Source of the DNA: Geopsychrobacteraceae bacterium
GTDB taxonomy: Bacteria > Desulfobacterota > Desulfuromonadia > Desulfuromonadales > Geopsychrobacteraceae
Length of the DNA stretch: 64,000 nucleotides
Direction: 5' to 3'
NCBI GenBank assembly: GCA_963662315.1
Contig: OY759353.1
Span: forward strand, 896,001-960,000
The notes under the pieces were generated by a model that was not told the origin of the DNA, did no database searches, and saw nothing but the letters and a program-made list of their open reading frames with translations. Of this stretch, positions 60,511 through 64,000 are shown one piece after another (position 1 is the first letter of the stretch; the number at the start of each line of letters is the position of its first letter). A program made the translations under genes and the position numbers.

Positions 60511-60776
60511 CTGGTCATAATGTCAAGTCTGATTGCAGGGATACACAACTAAGCATCAAACCCAGCCCAACCCAGTTCCCTAACATTCTTTAATCAAGCT
60601 CACAATTCTTATTGTTGCCCCCCCTTTATTATTACCTTTCTGGTAATGTATTATATAGAAATACATTCTCACTGCTGAGAAGCGGACACTGGGTTCATAC
60701 CACCAGCGTCTTAACTGTAAAACGATTCGCTACCTTCTCTTCCACGGTATGCGCGAGCGGTACGAAGGAGTTTTCT

Positions 60777-61379
60777 ATGTCTTATTCTTTACCAGATTTA
60801 CCTTACGATTATGCGGCACTTGATCAGCATATCGATGCCAGAACCATGGAAATCCACCACACAAAACATCACCAGGCCTACATTAACAACCTTAATAATG
60901 CGCTGAAGGATTCCCCCCTAAGTGCAAAGCCGATCAATGAACTGGTTGCAAGACTTGAGGAAGTCCCTGATACCATTGTTACGGCAGTTCGCAACAACGG
61001 CGGCGGGCATGCCAATCACAGTCTGTTTTGGACCATTCTCAGCCCTGACGGGGGCGGTGTTCCTGGCGGTGAATTATCCAAAGCGATTGACAGAGACCTT
61101 GGAGGCTTCAATAAATTCAAGGAAGTCTTTACCCAGACGGCCTTAGGCCGATTCGGCAGTGGCTGGGCATGGCTGAGCCTGACCCCGGCGGGACAACTGA
61201 TGATCGAGAGTACTCCGAATCAGGACAGCCCCCTGATGCATGGGAACATTCCGGTGCTGGGCCTTGATGTGTGGGAACATGCCTATTACTTGAAGTATCA
61301 GAATCGTAGGGCTGAATACATTGACGCATTTTTTGACATTATCAACTGGCGGGAAGTCGAGCGTAGATTTCTAGAGTAA
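60777..61379 (+). CDS. sodA: Fe/Mn superoxide dismutase with Mn-type signatures
   Basis: [40 protein letters not shown]. Start ATG 60777 after GAAGGAG. Confidence 0.9.
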   Translation: MSYSLPDLPYDYAALDQHIDARTMEIHHTKHHQAYINNLNNALKDSPLSAKPINELVARLEEVPDTIVTAVRNNGGGHANHSLFWTILSPDGGGVPGGELSKAIDRDLGGFNKFKEVFTQTALGRFGSGWAWLSLTPAGQLMIESTPNQDSPLMHGNIPVLGLDVWEHAYYLKYQNRRAEYIDAFFDIINWREVERRFLE

Positions 61380-61391
61380 ATGCTTAAAACA

Positions 61392-61427
61392 AAAGCGGAA
61401 GGTTCCGGCGCCGGGACCTCCCGCTTT
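61392..61427. terminator. Terminator between convergent sod and patatin genes
   Basis: AAAGCGGAAGGTTCCGG-CG-CCGGGACCTCCCGCTTT, imperfect stem. Confidence 0.7.
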
Positions 61428-61458
61428 AAAGCAATGACAGGAATCGTACCTAGAAGCG

Positions 61459-62361
61459 TTACCCCTTTTCATTCCCCTTTTTCTTTTCATAGGCATCCAG
61501 CACTTCTTCAGCTTTTTGATGCCCAATTTCAATCATTTCTGCCGCCTTTTCAAATTCATAAATGGTACAGATATTTTTGGGCAGTTCGATGAGAACATCA
61601 GGAGAATGACCTGCCAACTTATAGTTGGCGATGGTCGATTGCATCGCATCAATACTCATCGAAATCACATCAAAAAAGCCCGTCTCGTCATCTTGCCCAT
61701 TGCTGTTGAACATATCCTGCAGGCCATTGACAAAATCATAGACCTTCTGATGATACCAGGTCCGTGCCATACTCTTGTCCGGAACCGCTTGCGGCACTTC
61801 ACTGTAAGCAGCCTTTCCACTTAAACTGACGGCAATGGTCAAGTCTGTCATGTCCCGCAACGTTGGTGCAATTGGCACAGGATTAAGTAACCCACCATCG
61901 ACCAGCAGCCGCCCGCCATACTCAAATGCCGAAAAGACCGTCGGGAAAGCAATCGAAGCCCGGATAGCGTCAAACAGCGGACCTTGAGATAGCCAGACTT
62001 CCTTGCTATTTTCCAGATCCGTCGCTACGGCAGTAAAGCTGATGGGCAAATTTTCAATGTCCCTATCACCAATGAGATCCTTCAACGTTTCAATAATCCG
62101 CTCTCCTTTAAACAGAGCCTTGCCGCTGAAAGAGACATCGAGCAGTTTTAAAACATCAAGACGATCAAGGGCACATACCCATTTGGTATAACTATCCAGT
62201 TCTCCGGCAGCATAAATGCCCCCAATCAGAGCTCCCATTGACGAACCGGATATAGAACGAATCTCGTAGCCACGCTTTTCAAGTACTTTGATGATACCGA
62301 TGTGAGCTAATCCGCGGGCACCACCGCTCCCCAGAACCAATGAAACTGTTCGCTTAGACAT
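61459..62361 (-). CDS. Patatin-like phospholipase (RssA/NTE family)
   Basis: LGSGGARGLAHIG, GSSMG, VATDL, ASIAFP, DGG. Confidence 0.92.
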   Translation of the reverse strand: MSKRTVSLVLGSGGARGLAHIGIIKVLEKRGYEIRSISGSSMGALIGGIYAAGELDSYTKWVCALDRLDVLKLLDVSFSGKALFKGERIIETLKDLIGDRDIENLPISFTAVATDLENSKEVWLSQGPLFDAIRASIAFPTVFSAFEYGGRLLVDGGLLNPVPIAPTLRDMTDLTIAVSLSGKAAYSEVPQAVPDKSMARTWYHQKVYDFVNGLQDMFNSNGQDDETGFFDVISMSIDAMQSTIANYKLAGHSPDVLIELPKNICTIYEFEKAAEMIEIGHQKAEEVLDAYEKKKGNEKG

Positions 62362-62436
62362 ATTTTCAATTCCCCTCATTATTCCTCAATTAACCTGCCA
62401 TCTGAATCTAATATTGCCATGACTGCATCCCGTTAA

Positions 62437-63951
<1,515 letters not shown>

Positions 63952-64000
63952 CAATATCTCAATTTATTAAAAACGATTAAGACCGTAGATATTCTCTACG

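Overview
Gene-dense bacterial chromosomal window, most likely from an anaerobic deltaproteobacterium (Desulfuromonadales/Geobacter-like). This is inferred from gene content only: PxxKW protein, HDOD-GGDEF proteins, cysE-iscR-iscS-iscU-mnmA-mtaB, class II RNR. Most of it is housekeeping: PIN-PhoH, cysteine desulfurases, nrdJ with two NrdR boxes, Fe-S/tRNA thio-modification genes, class I fumarase, MMPL transporter, deaD, cfa, miaB-PHP-M42, metF, a split B12 methionine synthase followed by a rubredoxin missed by the ORF track, an Mla/Pqi-type ABC system, lpxH, an M16 protease pair, pfkA, a Lon-like protease, SOD, patatin and purB. The most unusual block (31.8-42.5 kb) is a putative trans-envelope signalling cassette: TonB-dependent-receptor-like barrel, YfiR, a hybrid histidine kinase with a YfiN-like sensor, REC-GGDEF-EAL, and two tandem HDOD-GGDEF cyclases. 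I also saw a ~190-bp MITE-like element, a probable leaderless lpxH, non-canonical Cys patterns in IscR and IscS, and several candidate structured leaders. No rRNA, tRNA, CRISPR array, transposase or prophage was recognised. All calls are by-eye motif recognition; no searches or folding calculations were run.
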